In this document: piece after piece, positions 1 to 11,319 of the stretch
Layout: each line of letters begins with the position of its first letter
Position numbering within the stretch: position 1 is the stretch's first letter
From: Heptranchias perlo
Lineage: Eukaryota
Assembly (NCBI RefSeq): GCF_035084215.1
Contig: NW_027139442.1
Span: 11,222,001-11,286,000, forward strand
Direction: 5' to 3'
DNA: 64,000 nt
The notes under the pieces: generated by a model
Databases searched by the model: none
What the model was told of the DNA's origin: nothing
The model's input: the letters and a program-made list of their open reading frames with translations, nothing else
Position numbers and translations under genes: made by a program

Positions 1-390
1 CTCTTTCAAAACTGAGATGAGGAGAAACTTCTTCACTCAGAGGGTGGTAGGTCTGTGGAATATGCTGCCCCAGGAAGCTGTGGAAGCTACATCATTAGAT
101 AAATTTAAAACAGAAATAGACAGTTTCCTCGAAGTAAAGGGAATTAGGGGTTATGGGGAGCGGGCAGGAAATTGGACATGAAGCTGAGTTCGGATCGGTC
201 AATGCCCTGTGGGTGGCGGAGAGGGCCCAGGGGCTATGTGGCCGGGTCCTGCTCCGACTTCTTGTGTTCTTTAGATTTGTGGTTGGGATCAGATCAGCCA
301 TGATCTTATTAAATGGCGGAGCAGGCTCGAGGGGCCGATTGGCCTACTCCTGCTCCAATTTCTTATGTTCTTATGTTCTTATGTTCTTAT
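1..390 (+). mobile_element. CR1-clade LINE 3' end (ORF2 C-terminus, 3' UTR, (TTCTTATG)n tail); runs off the window start
   Basis: 1-181 is near-identical to 4586-4766 (ORF2 end FKTEMRRNFFTQRVVGLWN...GNWT*); ends in about 4 copies of TTCTTATG, the short tandem tail typical of CR1. Confidence 0.92.
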
Positions 391-492
391 GGAGATAAAC
401 TATTTCCTCTGGTGGGAGAGTCCAGAACAAGGGGGAATCATCTGAAAATTAGAGCTCGGCCATTGAGGGGTGATGGCCGGAAGCAAGTCTTC
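391..492 (+). mobile_element. Older CR1 ORF2 remnant, left part (target of nested insertions)
   Basis: Translates DKLFPLVGESRTRGNHLKIRARPLRGDGRKQVF, a CR1 ORF2 C-terminal motif whose continuation is found at 4885. Confidence 0.8.
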
Positions 493-686
493 CGAACTTT
501 TCCCGCAGAGCGGCAGTGGACCTGAGAGTAGAAGATTGAGATTGTGGAATAAAAGCAGCAGCAGACCTGCAACAAGAGACAACTACTGTGCGACATCACA
601 GGTGAGGCAGGAGAGTCCGAGAGGTGAGCCGAGTATAAAAGGGGAGACCTAGAGCGGGAAGAGAGTCTAAGAGTCGAAGGCACGTC

Positions 687-1806
687 ATGGCAGCACAGCT
701 CGCACCCGTTATATGCTCCTCCTGCACGATGTGGGAAGTCATGGACACTACCAGTGTCCCTGGCGACCATGTGTGCTGGAAGTGTGTCCAGCTGCAGCTA
801 CTGGCTAACCGTCTTTCGGAGCTGGAGCTGCGGGTGGATTCACTGTGGAGCATCCGCGATGCTGAGACTATCGTGGATAGCACGTTCAGTGAGGTGGTCA
901 CACCGCAGGTAAAGAAAACGCAGGCAGAAAGGAAATGGGTGACCGCCAGGCAGAGTAAAAGGACTAGGCAGGTAGAGCCGGAGTCCCCTGGGGCCGTCTC
1001 CCTCTCAAACAGATATTCTGCTTTGGATACTGTTGAGGGAGATGGCTTATCAGGGGAAAGCAGCAAGAGCCAGGTTCGGGGCACCACGGGTGGCTCTGCT
1101 GCACAGGAGGGGAGGAAGAAGAGTGGCAGGGCTTTTGTGATAGGGGATTCAATTGTAAGGGGAACAGATAGGCGTTTCTGCGGCCGCAAACGTGACTCCA
1201 GGATGGTATGTTGCCTCCCTGGTGCTAGGGTCAAGGATGTCACCGAGCGGCTACAGGGCATTCTGGAGGGGGAGGGTGAACAGCCAATAGTCGTGGTCCA
1301 TATTGGTACCAACGACATTGGTAAAAAAAAGTGATGAGGTCCTGCAGGGTGAATTTAAGGAGTTAGGAGATAAATTAAAAAGCAGGACTTCAAAGGTAGT
1401 GATCTCAGGATTACTACCGGTGCCACGTGCTAGTGAGTATAGGAACAGGAGAATAGACAGGATGAATGCGTGGCTGCAGGGAAGGTGTAGGAGGGAGGGA
1501 TTTAGATTCCTGGAACATTGGGACCGGTTCTGGGGAAGGTGGGACCTGTACAAGCGTGACGGGTTAGACCCGAGCAGGACCGGGACCAATGTCCTCGCGG
1601 GGGTGTTTGCTAGTGGTGTTGTGGAAGGTTTAAACTTGAGTGGCAGGGGGATGGGAACCTCAGCGGGGAGTCAGAAGGGAATAAAGAAGAGAGCAGCAAG
1701 AGAGGGGAAGACCCAGGGGAAATCTACAATACAAATAGTACAAACAGTTGTTCAAGAACAAGTGAAAGGCAAAAGCATACAGCAGCGGAAAGAAAGTGTA
1801 CTTTAG
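687..1806 (+). pseudogene. CR1 ORF1p (CxxC/CxxC zinc finger, leucine zipper, SGNH/GDSL esterase), frameshifted
   Basis: CSSC...CWKC, heptad leucines, GDSIVRG and HIGTND esterase blocks in 687-1334; continues in another frame (1303-1806, VVISGLLP...DGLDP) after an A8 run at 1323-1330. Confidence 0.9.
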
Positions 1807-1829
1807 GCACTTTAGGCACGACAGATAAA

Positions 1830-4766
1830 ATGAAAACTAGAAGGCGTAAGGCGATTAACCCAGCATCAAAGCTGTGGCAGGGGTTTGGGAACCTGAGCAG
1901 GGAGACAGAGGAAAGCGTATCAGGAAGCGACAGAAGGTATGGAGTAAAAGCTAAAGTGTTAAAAAAGGAAAAAGCAGGAACTAAGTGTCACAAAACATAT
2001 TTGAAAGTTTTTTATCTGAATGCACGTAGCATTCGTAACAAAATGGACGAGTTAAAGGCACGAATAACGACGTATGGGTATGATCTTGTGGCCATTACAG
2101 AAACATGGCTGCAGGGTGACAACGACTGGGAATTAAATATGCCAGGGTATTTAACAATTAGGAAGGACAGGCAGGAAGGAAGGGGAGGTGGGGTGGCTAT
2201 GTTAATAAGGGAAGGAATCACTGTAATACAGAGAAAAGATATTGGGACAAAGGATCAGGATAATGAAACAGTTTGGGGAGAGATAAGGAATAATAAGGCG
2301 AAAAAAACACTCGTGGGCGCGATATATAGGCCTCCTAATAGTTGCAACTCTGCTGGAAGAAGGGCATGTAATAAGGGAACAGCTATAATTATGGGGGATT
2401 TTAACTATCATATTAACTGGACAAATCAATTTGGGCAGGGTAGCCTTGAGGAAGAGTTTATTGAGTGTGTTAGGGATGGATATGTTGAGCAGTATGTAAC
2501 TGAACCTACAAGGGGGCAAGCAACCTTGGACCTGGTCCTGTGTAATGAGACAGGATTACTTAATAATGTCCTCGTTAAGGATCCCCTTGGAATGAGTGAC
2601 CACAACATGGTTACATTCCATACGCAATTAGAGGTTGAGAATGTTGGTTCTCAAACAAGCGTACTGGGCTTGAATAAAGGAGACCATGATGGTATGAGAG
2701 CGGAATTGATTAAAGTGGACTGGGAAAATGGTTTAAAGGGTAAGACGGTACATGAACAGTGGTGTTCATTTCAGGAGTTATTTTACAACTTTCAAAAAAT
2801 ATATATTCCACTGAGGAAAAAAGGGTGTAAAAGAAATGACAGCCATGCGTGGCTAAGTAAAGAAATTAAGGATAGTATCCGACTAAAAACAAGGACATAT
2901 AAGGTAGCCAAACTAAGTGGAGGATAGAAGATTGGGAAGTCTTCAAAAGACAGCAAAAAGTAACGAAAGGATTGATTAAGAAAGGGAAGATAGATTATGA
3001 AAATAAATTAGCAAAAAATATAAAAACAGATAGCAAGAGTTTCTACACTTATATAAAAAGAAAAAGGGTGGCGAAGGCAAACAGAGGTCCTTTAGAGGAT
3101 GAGACCGGGAAACATGGAGATGGCAAAAATGCTGAATACATATTTTGTTTCAGTCTTTACGGTAGAGGACACTAAGAATATCCCAACACTGGACAAACAG
3201 GGGGCTCTCGGGGGGGAGGAGCTAAATACGATTAAAATCACTAAGGAATTGGTACTCAGTAAATTAATGGGACTCAAGGCGGATAAATCCCCTGGACCTG
3301 ATGGCTTACATCCAAGGGGCTTGAGGGAAGTGGCAGTAGGGATTGTGGATGCTTTGGTAATAATTTTACAAAATTCTCTGGACTCGGCAAAGGTCCCGGC
3401 AGATTGGAAAACTGCTAATGTAACACCCTTATTTAAAAAGGGTATTAGGTAGAAGGCTGGAAATTATAGACCAGTTAGCCTAACATCTGTGGTGGTTAAA
3501 ATTTTGGAGTCCATTATTAAGGAGACAGTAGCGGAACATTTGGATAAACATAATTTAATCGGACAAAGTCAGCATGGCTTTACGAAGGGGAAGTCACGTC
3601 TGACGAATATGCTTGAGTTCTTTGAGGATATAACGTACAGGGTGGATAAAGAGGAACCAGTGGACGGAGTGTATTTGGACTTCCAGAAGGCATTCGACAA
3701 GGTGCCACATAAAAGATTATTGCTCAAGATAAAGAATCACTGGATTGGGGGTAATATTCTGGCATGGGTGGAGGATAGGTTATGTAACAGGAAGCAGAGA
3801 GTTGGGATAAATGGTGCATTCTCGGACTGGCAACCTGTAGCCAGTGGTGTTCCGCAGGGGTAGGTGCTGGGTCCCCAACTCTTTACAATCGATATTAACG
3901 ATTTGGAGGAGGGGGCCGAGTGTAACATATCAAAGTTTGCAGATGATACAAAGATGGGAGGGAAAGTAGAGTGTGAGGAGGACATAAAAAACCTACAAGT
4001 GGAGAGAGACAGGCTGGGTGAGATATGGCAGATGCAATACAATATTGGAAAATGTGAGGTTATGCACTTTGGCAGGAAAAATCGGAGAGCAAGTTATTAT
4101 CTTAATGGCGAGAAATTGGAAAGTACTGAAGTACAAAGGGATTTGCCGGTCCCAGTGCAAGAACATCAAAAAGTTAGTCTGCAGGTACAGCAGGTGATCA
4201 AGAAGGCCAACGGAATGTTGGCTTTTCTTGTTAGGGGGATAGAATATAAAAACAGGGAGGTATTGCTGCAGTTATATAAGGTATTGGTGAGACCGCACCT
4301 GGAATACTGCATACATTTTTGGTCTCCATACTGAAGAAAAGACAAACTTGCTCTCGAGGCAGTACAAAGAAGGTTCACTCGGTTAATCCCGGGGATGAGG
4401 GGGCGGACATATGGGGAAAGGTTGAGTAGATTGGGACTCTACTCATTGGAGTTCAGAAGAATGAGGGGCGATCTTATTGAATCATATAAGATTGTGAAGG
4501 GGCTTGAACGGGTGGATGCGGTAAGGATGTTCCCAAGGATGGGTGAAACTAGAACTAGGGGGCATAATCTTAGAATAAGGGGCTGCTCTTTCAAAACTGA
4601 GATGAGGAGAAACTTCTTCACTCAGAGGGTAGTAGGTCTGTGGAATTTGCTGCCCCAGGAAGCTGTGGAAGCTACATCATTAAATAAATTTAAAACAGAA
4701 ATGGACAGTTTCCTCGAAGAAAAGGGAATTAGGGGTAACGGGGAGCGGGCAGGAAATTGGACATGA
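1830..4766 (+). pseudogene. CR1 ORF2p (APE endonuclease + reverse transcriptase), multiply disrupted
   Basis: YLNARS, ITETWL, YRPP, MGDFN, LDLVL, SDH (APE); QHGF, YLDFQKAFDKVPH, SGVPQG, FADDTK (RT). Stops or frameshifts near 2925, 3100, 3450, 3861 and 4332. Confidence 0.93.
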
Positions 4767-4884
4767 ATTTAGATTTGAGGTTAGGATCAGATCAGATCAG
4801 CCATGATCTTATTGAATGGCGGAGCAGGCTCGAGGGGCCGATTGGCCGACTCCTGCTCCTATTTCTTATGTTCTTATGTTCTTA

Positions 4885-5110
4885 AAGGGTAGTGGAAATC
4901 TGGAACTCTCTTCACTCCAAAAAGCTGTTGAGGCTGTGGGTCAATTGTAAATTTGAAAATTGAGATTGATAGATTTTTGTTCGGCCAAAGTATTAAGGAT
5001 TATTATACCAAGGAGGTTAGATAGAGTTAAGATGTAAATCAGCCATGATCTAATTGAATGGCGGAACCGGCTCGTGGGGCTGAATGGCCAACTCCTGTTC
5101 CGATGTTCCG
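4885..5110 (+). mobile_element. Older CR1 remnant, right part (ORF2 end + 3' UTR)
   Basis: RVVEIWNSL...KAVEA-like translation followed by a diverged CR1 3' UTR (cagccatgatctaattgaatggcgga...ctcctgttcc). Confidence 0.82.
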
Positions 5111-5184
5111 AAATGCAGCCATCCGCAATAAGATTGTGGATGGCAAGGGCCTTGCTCACAAGTGAACGGACATCTGGAAGGAGA

Positions 5185-6455
5185 TGCGGTGAGAGGAGGT
5201 GACTGGTCAGTGAGTGTCTGCAAATGAAGCAGAAATGATAACCGGTCAGGGAGTGTCTGCAAATGAAGTAGAAATGTGACAGGTCAGGGAGTGTCTGTAA
5301 ATAAAGTAGAATGGGGACGGTCAGGGAGCGTCTGTCAATGAAGGAGAAATGGTGATTGGTTAGGACGTGTCTCTGAATGAAGTAGAAATGGGGACGTTCA
5401 GGGAGCGTCTGTCAATGAAGGAGAAATTGTGACTGGTCATGGAGTGTCCGTAAATGAAGGATAAATGGTGACTGGTCATGGAGTGTCTGTAAATGAAGGA
5501 GAACTGGTGACAGGTCAGGGAGTGTCTATAAATGAAGGAGGAATGGGGACGGCCAGGGAGTGTCTTTAAATGAAGGAAAAATGCTGACTAGTTAGGGAGT
5601 GTCTGTAAATGAAGGAAAAATGGTGACTGGACAGGGATTGTCTCTAAATGAACGATAAATGTTGCCGGGTGAGGAAGTGTCGACATGTGAATGAGAAACG
5701 GTGAAGGGTCAGGGAGTGTCGATAAATGAAAGAGAAATGGGGATGGGTCAGTGAATGTCTGTACATGAAGAAGAAATGGTGATCAGTCAGGGAGTGTCTG
5801 CAAATGAAGGAAAAATTGTCTGATTATGGAGTGTCTGTAAATGATGGAAAAATAGTGTCTGGTTAGGGAGTGTCTATAAATGAAATCGAAATGGTGACAG
5901 GTCAGGGCGTGTCTATAAATGAAGGAGGAATGGTGACGGGTCAGGGCGTGTTTACAAATGCAGGTGAAATGGCATCTGTTAAGGGAGTATCTATAAATGG
6001 GAGAGGACATGGTGACAGGTCAGGGAGTGTCTGTAAATGAAGGAGAAACGGTGACGGGATAGGGAGTATCTATAAATGACGGAGAAATGGTGACAGTTCA
6101 GGCAGAGTCTGTAAATGATGGAGAAATGGTGACTTGTCAGGCAGCGTTTGTAAATGACGGAGAAATAGTAACTGGTCAAGGAGTGTCTGTCAATGAAGGA
6201 GGAACGGTGATTGGTCCGTGAGTGTCTGTGAATGCAGGAGAAATGTTGACAGGTCAGGTAATGTCTACAAATGAAGAAGAAATAGTGATTGGTTAGGGAG
6301 CGTCTATTAATGAAGGAAAATGCTGACTGGTGAGAAAGAGTTTGTAAATGAAGGAGAAATGGCGAAGGTTCAGGGAGCGTCTATAAATGAAGGAGAAGTG
6401 GTGTTTGGTCAGGGAGTGTCTGTAAATGAAGGAGAAATATTGACTGGTCAGGGAG
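5185..6455. repeat. ~40-bp minisatellite, about 30 diverged copies
   Basis: Unit approx. GGTCAGGGAGTGTCTGTAAATGAAGGAGAAATGGTGACT repeated in tandem. Confidence 0.93.
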
Positions 6456-6559
6456 ATTCCGTCGCCAAATTTGGGAGATATTACATATGGACTGCTTACA
6501 GGCAGCTATGGGGAGGGACATAGTGTCGAAATGAGGGGCAGACCAGATACACACAGCAA

Positions 6560-6822
6560 GAGTGAGCATCTTCAGGAGAGGAGAGGGGAACCAGTGAGTG
6601 TCGAACTGAATCCAACCAGAGTCACCACCTTCAGGGGAGGAGAGGGAGGGGAACCAGTGAGTTTAGAACTGAATCCAGCCAGAGTCAGCACCTTCAGGGG
6701 AAGAGAGGGTGGGGGAGCAGTGAGTGTAGAACTGAACCTAGCCAGAGCAAGCACCTTCAGTGGAGGAGAGGGAATGGAACCAGTGAGTGTAGAACTGAAA
6801 CCAGTCCGAGTCGGGATCTTCA
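6560..6822. repeat. ~63-bp tandem repeat, about 4 copies
   Basis: GGAGAGGGAGGGGAACCAGTGAGTGTAGAACTGAATCCAGCCAGAGTCAGCACCTTCAGG-like units at about 63-bp spacing. Confidence 0.88.
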
Positions 6823-6896
6823 AGATAGAAAAATTAAATAGAAGGAAAATTGTTGCAAGTTGTGCGATGGGTTTGCGCTTTAGCAGTCAGAGGAGG

Positions 6897-7027
6897 GTGA
6901 GTGTGCGGGACGGGGATTTACAGTCAGGGGGAATGAGCGAGTAGAATGTTTCATAGAAACTAGAATTACCTGTTCTGAATTTCTATTCCGTATTCACAGT
7001 GAGGACTTTTGTTATCTCCTTTTACAG
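6897..7027 (+). other. Putative intron preceding the zinc-finger exon
   Basis: Donor G|GTGAGT at 6897; polypyrimidine tract and acceptor TTATCTCCTTTTACAG| ending at 7027. Confidence 0.55.
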
Positions 7028-7380
7028 GGTATTAGAAGGGGAGGATTTGCAGACGAGAAACGCAAACCAAACATCACGTCAAGATCTGACTCTATTCACC
7101 AGCACCTGAAGATCATCGGCCTTAAAATACAGGAGACATGTTGATCTGTTCCATCTGTGGGAAAAGATTTCAAACATCACTGTGGCTGGAATAGCAGCGA
7201 GACACACACACCCGAGTGAGAGTGTTCCAGTGCACTGACTGTGGAAAGAATTTTAACCAGTTACACAGCCTGAAAAAACATCGTACCATTCACAGTGGGG
7301 AGAAACCAGACAAATGTTCTCTGTGCAGACGAGACTTGTACTGATCGTCCAACCTGGAGAGACACGAGGACGTCTGCACC

Positions 7381-8475
7381 ATGGAGAAACCGTGGAAATG
7401 TGGGGACTGTGGGAGGGGATTCAGTTACTCGTCCCGGCTGGAAACTCATCGACACAGACACACCGGGGAGAGGCCGTTCACCTGCTCCGTTTGTGGGAAG
7501 GGATTCACTCAGTCATCCCACCTCATTGAACATCAACTTGTTCACACTGATAAGAGACTTTTAAAATGTTCTGTCTGTGAGAAGAACTTCAAAAGAAAAA
7601 GTGATCTGCTGACACACCAACGCATTCACAGTGGGGAGAGGCCGTTCACCTGCTCCGTGTGTGGGAAGGGATTCATTCAGTCATCCAACCTGCTGACACA
7701 CCAGCGAATTCACACTGGGGAGAGGCCGTTCACCTGCTCCATGTGTGGGAAGGGATTCACTCAGTCATCCCACCTTATTGAACATCAACTTGTTCACACT
7801 GATAAGAGACTTTTTAAATGTTCTGTCTGTGAGAAGAACTTCAAAAGAAAAAGTGATCTGCTGAAACACCAACGTACTCACACTGGGGAGAGGCCGTTCA
7901 TCTGCTCCGTGTGTGGGAAGGGATTTACTCGGTCATCCAGCCTACTGACACACCAGCGAGTCCACACTGGGGAGATGCCGTTCACCTGCTCTGTGTTTGG
8001 GAAGCGATTCACTCGATCATCCCACCTCCTGAGACATCAGCAAGTTCACATCGGGGAGAGGCCATTCACCTGCTCCCTGTGCGGGAAGGGATTCGCTCAG
8101 TCATCCACCCTGCTGACACACCAGCGAGTTCACACTGGGGAGAGGCCGTTCACCTGCTCCGTGTGTGGGAAGAGCTTCACTCAGTCATCCACCCTGCTAA
8201 CACACCAACGAGTTCACAGTGGGGAGAGGCCATTCACCTGCTCTGTGTGTGGGAAGGAATTCACTTGTTCATCCGGCCTGATTGAACACCAACTTGTTCA
8301 CACTGATAAGAGACCCTTTAAATGTTCTAACTGTGAGAAGAGCTTTAAAAGAACATGGGATCTGATGAGACATGAACGTATTCACACCGGGGAGAGGACG
8401 ATCACCTGTTCCGTGTGTGGAATGCGATTCACTCAGTCATCATACCTGCTGAGTCACCAGCGAGTTCACATGTGA
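7381..8475 (+). CDS. Tandem C2H2 zinc-finger protein, 364 aa, 13 fingers (finger 8 has Cys to Phe)
   Basis: Repeated CxxC-x12-HxxxH with TGERPF linkers; AATAAA at 8609-8614; no effector domain visible in this exon. Confidence 0.9.
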   Translation: MEKPWKCGDCGRGFSYSSRLETHRHRHTGERPFTCSVCGKGFTQSSHLIEHQLVHTDKRLLKCSVCEKNFKRKSDLLTHQRIHSGERPFTCSVCGKGFIQSSNLLTHQRIHTGERPFTCSMCGKGFTQSSHLIEHQLVHTDKRLFKCSVCEKNFKRKSDLLKHQRTHTGERPFICSVCGKGFTRSSSLLTHQRVHTGEMPFTCSVFGKRFTRSSHLLRHQQVHIGERPFTCSLCGKGFAQSSTLLTHQRVHTGERPFTCSVCGKSFTQSSTLLTHQRVHSGERPFTCSVCGKEFTCSSGLIEHQLVHTDKRPFKCSNCEKSFKRTWDLMRHERIHTGERTITCSVCGMRFTQSSYLLSHQRVHM

Positions 8476-8814
8476 CTGCAGGGATTGGATTCTGCTGTTA
8501 TTGCTGTATCCAGGACTAAACCATGTTCATTCTGACAGTTGGAGTTTGTTTCTGATGTTAATGACCCCCTTTTACTGGGCTGGAGTTTAGTATTCTGTAC
8601 CACTGTCAAATAAATCAGCTTTCTTTTAAACACAGTGTTTTTGACCTTCATATCTCGTTGATAAAAGAAACAGTTTGAGGACTTATGACGACGTGAGTGC
8701 AATACGTCTTAGAACTGAGCTCCTCCACCTTTTTAAAAGATGGATCTACAAGATGTCCAAGTCTGACAGGACATAAAATTCTATTATATCACAGGGTCCA
8801 CTTCAATCAGCCTG

Positions 8815-10110
8815 AGCAGGTTTCCACTCTCCTTGTGTGAAAAAGAGCTTCCTGATTTCAATCCTAGACGCCCTAGCTCTAAATTTAAGGCTATGCCCTC
8901 TTGTTCTGGATTCCCCCACCAGAGAAAATAGTTTCTTTTTCTACCCTATCGAATCCCTTTATTATTTTATATCCCTGGATCAGATCACTCCTCATACATC
9001 TAAACTCAAGGGAATGCAAAACCAAGTTTATGCAACCGGTCCTCATAATTGAACACTTCAAGCCCCAGTATCATTCTGGTGAATCTGCACTGTCCTCCCT
9101 CCAAGGCCAATATATCCTTGGTGAGGATCAGTACACCAGATGGGCTCTGACCAAGGCTCTGTAGAACTGAAGCATCACTTCCTTCCCTTTGTATTCCAAC
9201 ACTGGAGATAAATGCCATTTGTCTGTGGTTGCTTTTTGCATCTGTGCACTAGCCTTTAGTGATTTTTGTCCATGGACACCCAAATCCCTTTGCTCCTTCA
9301 CCATTCCCAGTCTCTCACTTTCAGAAAATACTCCAATGTTTCCTTTTTGCTTCCATATTGAATGATCTCACACTTCCCCACATTGAACTCCATCTGCCAC
9401 AGTTTGTCCATTCGCTTAAACTTTCCCTTTGTAACTTCCTGCTTCCATCTACACAACTTACTGCACTTCATAACTAATGTCATCTGGAAACTTGGACCTA
9501 TTACTCTCTATTGATTCATCCAAGTTATTGATAAATATGGTGGAAAGCTGAGGCCCCAGTACAGATCCCTGGGGACACCACCAGTCATATCCCGCCAATG
9601 AAAGAACATTCCCTTTCTCCTTACTCTTTTCTCCGACCTCCCAACCAATTCCAACCCAAGTCACAAGGTCACTTTCAATTTTGTGCCTTTTATTTATTCT
9701 ATTCATCTCTTGTGCTGAACCTTTTCAAATGCTTTCTGTAAGTCCATATAGAAAACCTTCATAGACACTCCTCTGTCCACCTTGTTAGATTCCTCAACAA
9801 ATCCAACTAAATTAGACAGACATGACCTGCCCTTCACGAATCCAAATTGACTCTCTTTGACCAGCTCATTTTGTCTCTCATGATAGGTTTAAGTAAGTTC
9901 CCCACAACCGACGTTAAAATGACAAGTCTGTATTGTCCTGGTTTCTCCCTCCCTCCTTTCTTAAATAAACGGAGTGACATGTTCAACATTCATATCCAAA
10001 GGCACAATTCCTGAGTCTGGAGAGCTTTGGGAAATTATGATGAATGCATCTGCAATTTCACCACCTGTTTCCTTTAAAACTCTGGGGTGGAAACCGTCAG
10101 GTCCTGGAGA
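8815..10110 (-). mobile_element. Degraded CR1 LINE ORF2 remnant
   Basis: Minus-strand fragments SPGPDGFHP, PQGSVLGPQL...SKFPDD, WQMEFNVGKCE, RTRGHSLK with many stops and indels. Confidence 0.85.
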
Positions 10111-10141
10111 TTTCATTCTTAGTTTGCAGTTATTTATTTAT

Positions 10142-10395
10142 CTGACTGTGTATAACAGGACTGAATGTCCCAGCACTGAGTGTGTGTATAACAGGACTGA
10201 ATGTCCCAGCACTGACTGTGTCTATAACAGGACTGAATGTCCCAGCACTGACTGTGTCCATAACAGGACTGAGTGTCTTAGCACTGACTCTGTATATAAC
10301 AGGACTGAGTGTCTTAACACTGACTCTTTATATAACAGGACTGAGTGTCCAAGCACTGACTGTGTGTTATACAGGACTGAGAGTCCGAGCACTGA
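10142..10395. repeat. 36-bp minisatellite, about 7 copies
   Basis: GACTGTGTGTATAACAGGACTGAATGTCCCAGCACT units. Confidence 0.92.
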
Positions 10396-10419
10396 GGGTG
10401 GCGAGACATGCGGTTGTCG

Positions 10420-10612
10420 GTGGAGATTAAATCGGTTGCAGGGGATTACAGAGATAGGGTGGGGGTGAGGGCCATGGAGGGATTTGAACACGAGGATTGT
10501 AGGGCTGGAAGAGGTTGCAGAGATAGGGAGGGGGTGAGGGCCATAGAGGGATTTGAAGACGAGAATGAGAATTTTAAAATCGAGGCATTGCCACACCGGG
10601 AGCCAATGTAAT
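10420..10612 (-). mobile_element. L2-clade LINE ORF2 C-terminal fragment with internal duplication
   Basis: Minus-strand LHWLPV...DFKILILVFKSL.GP.P motif characteristic of L2 ORF2 ends; the VFKSL segment occurs twice. Confidence 0.7.
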
Positions 10613-10679
10613 AGAACACGAACAGAGCAAGACACACACAGAGGTCTCACAACAGAGCATGGACGGTCTCAAGGACCAC

Positions 10680-11315
10680 CTCCCTCCAGGGGTCACGATA
10701 CCTCCATCGCGGGTTCGTGGTCACACCATCCCGGGGTTGCGGTCCCTCCGTCCCTGGGGTCGTGGTCCCCCCGTCCCTGGGGTCACGGTCCCTCCATCCC
10801 GGGTTCACGGCCCCTCCCTCCCGGTGTCGCGGTCCCTCCGTCCGCGGGGTCACAGTCCCCCCATCCCTGGGGTCGCAGTTCCTCCATCCCGGGGTCGACG
10901 CCCCGCTGTCCCAGGATCGCGGTCCCACCATCCCGGGGTCGCGGTCCCTCCATCCCCGGGTCTCAGTCCCACCGTTCCAGGGTCTCGGTCCCTCCATCCC
11001 GGGGTCTCGGTCCCACCGTCCCGGGTTCGCGGTCCCTCCATCCCAGGGTCTCGGTCCCACCGTCCCGGGGTCGCGGTCCCTCCGTCCCGGGGTCTCAGTC
11101 CCACCGTTCCAGTGTCTCGGTCCCTGCATCCCGGGGTCTCGGTCCCACCATCCCGGGGTCGCGGTCCCTCCGTCCCGGGGTCTCAATCCCACCGTTCCAG
11201 GGTCTCGGTCCCTCCATCCCGGGGTCTCAGTCCCACCGTTCCAGTGTCTCGGTCCCTCCATCACGGGTTCTCGGTCCCACCGTCCCGGGGTCTCGGTCCC
11301 TCCGTCCCGAGGTTT
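10680..11315. repeat. GC/CpG-rich 20-21-bp minisatellite, about 30 copies
   Basis: CCGGGGTC(G/T)CGGTCCC(T/A)CC(A/G)TC units; explains the long Pro/Gly/Ser/Arg-rich ORFs in several frames. Confidence 0.92.
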
Positions 11316-11319
11316 GCGA

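Larger units (their letters stand above)
493..4884 (+). mobile_element. Full-length, inactivated CR1-clade LINE (5' UTR, ORF1, ORF2, 3' UTR, TTCTTATG tail)
   Basis: ORF1 zinc finger plus esterase, ORF2 APE endonuclease plus reverse transcriptase, 3' hairpin and TTCTTATG repeats at 4863-4884; interrupts an older CR1. Confidence 0.95.

Noticed and set aside
1320-1335. Programmed ribosomal frameshift at the A8 run in CR1 ORF1
   Set aside because: It splits the esterase domain of an element with many other lesions; homopolymer slippage or sequencing error is simpler.
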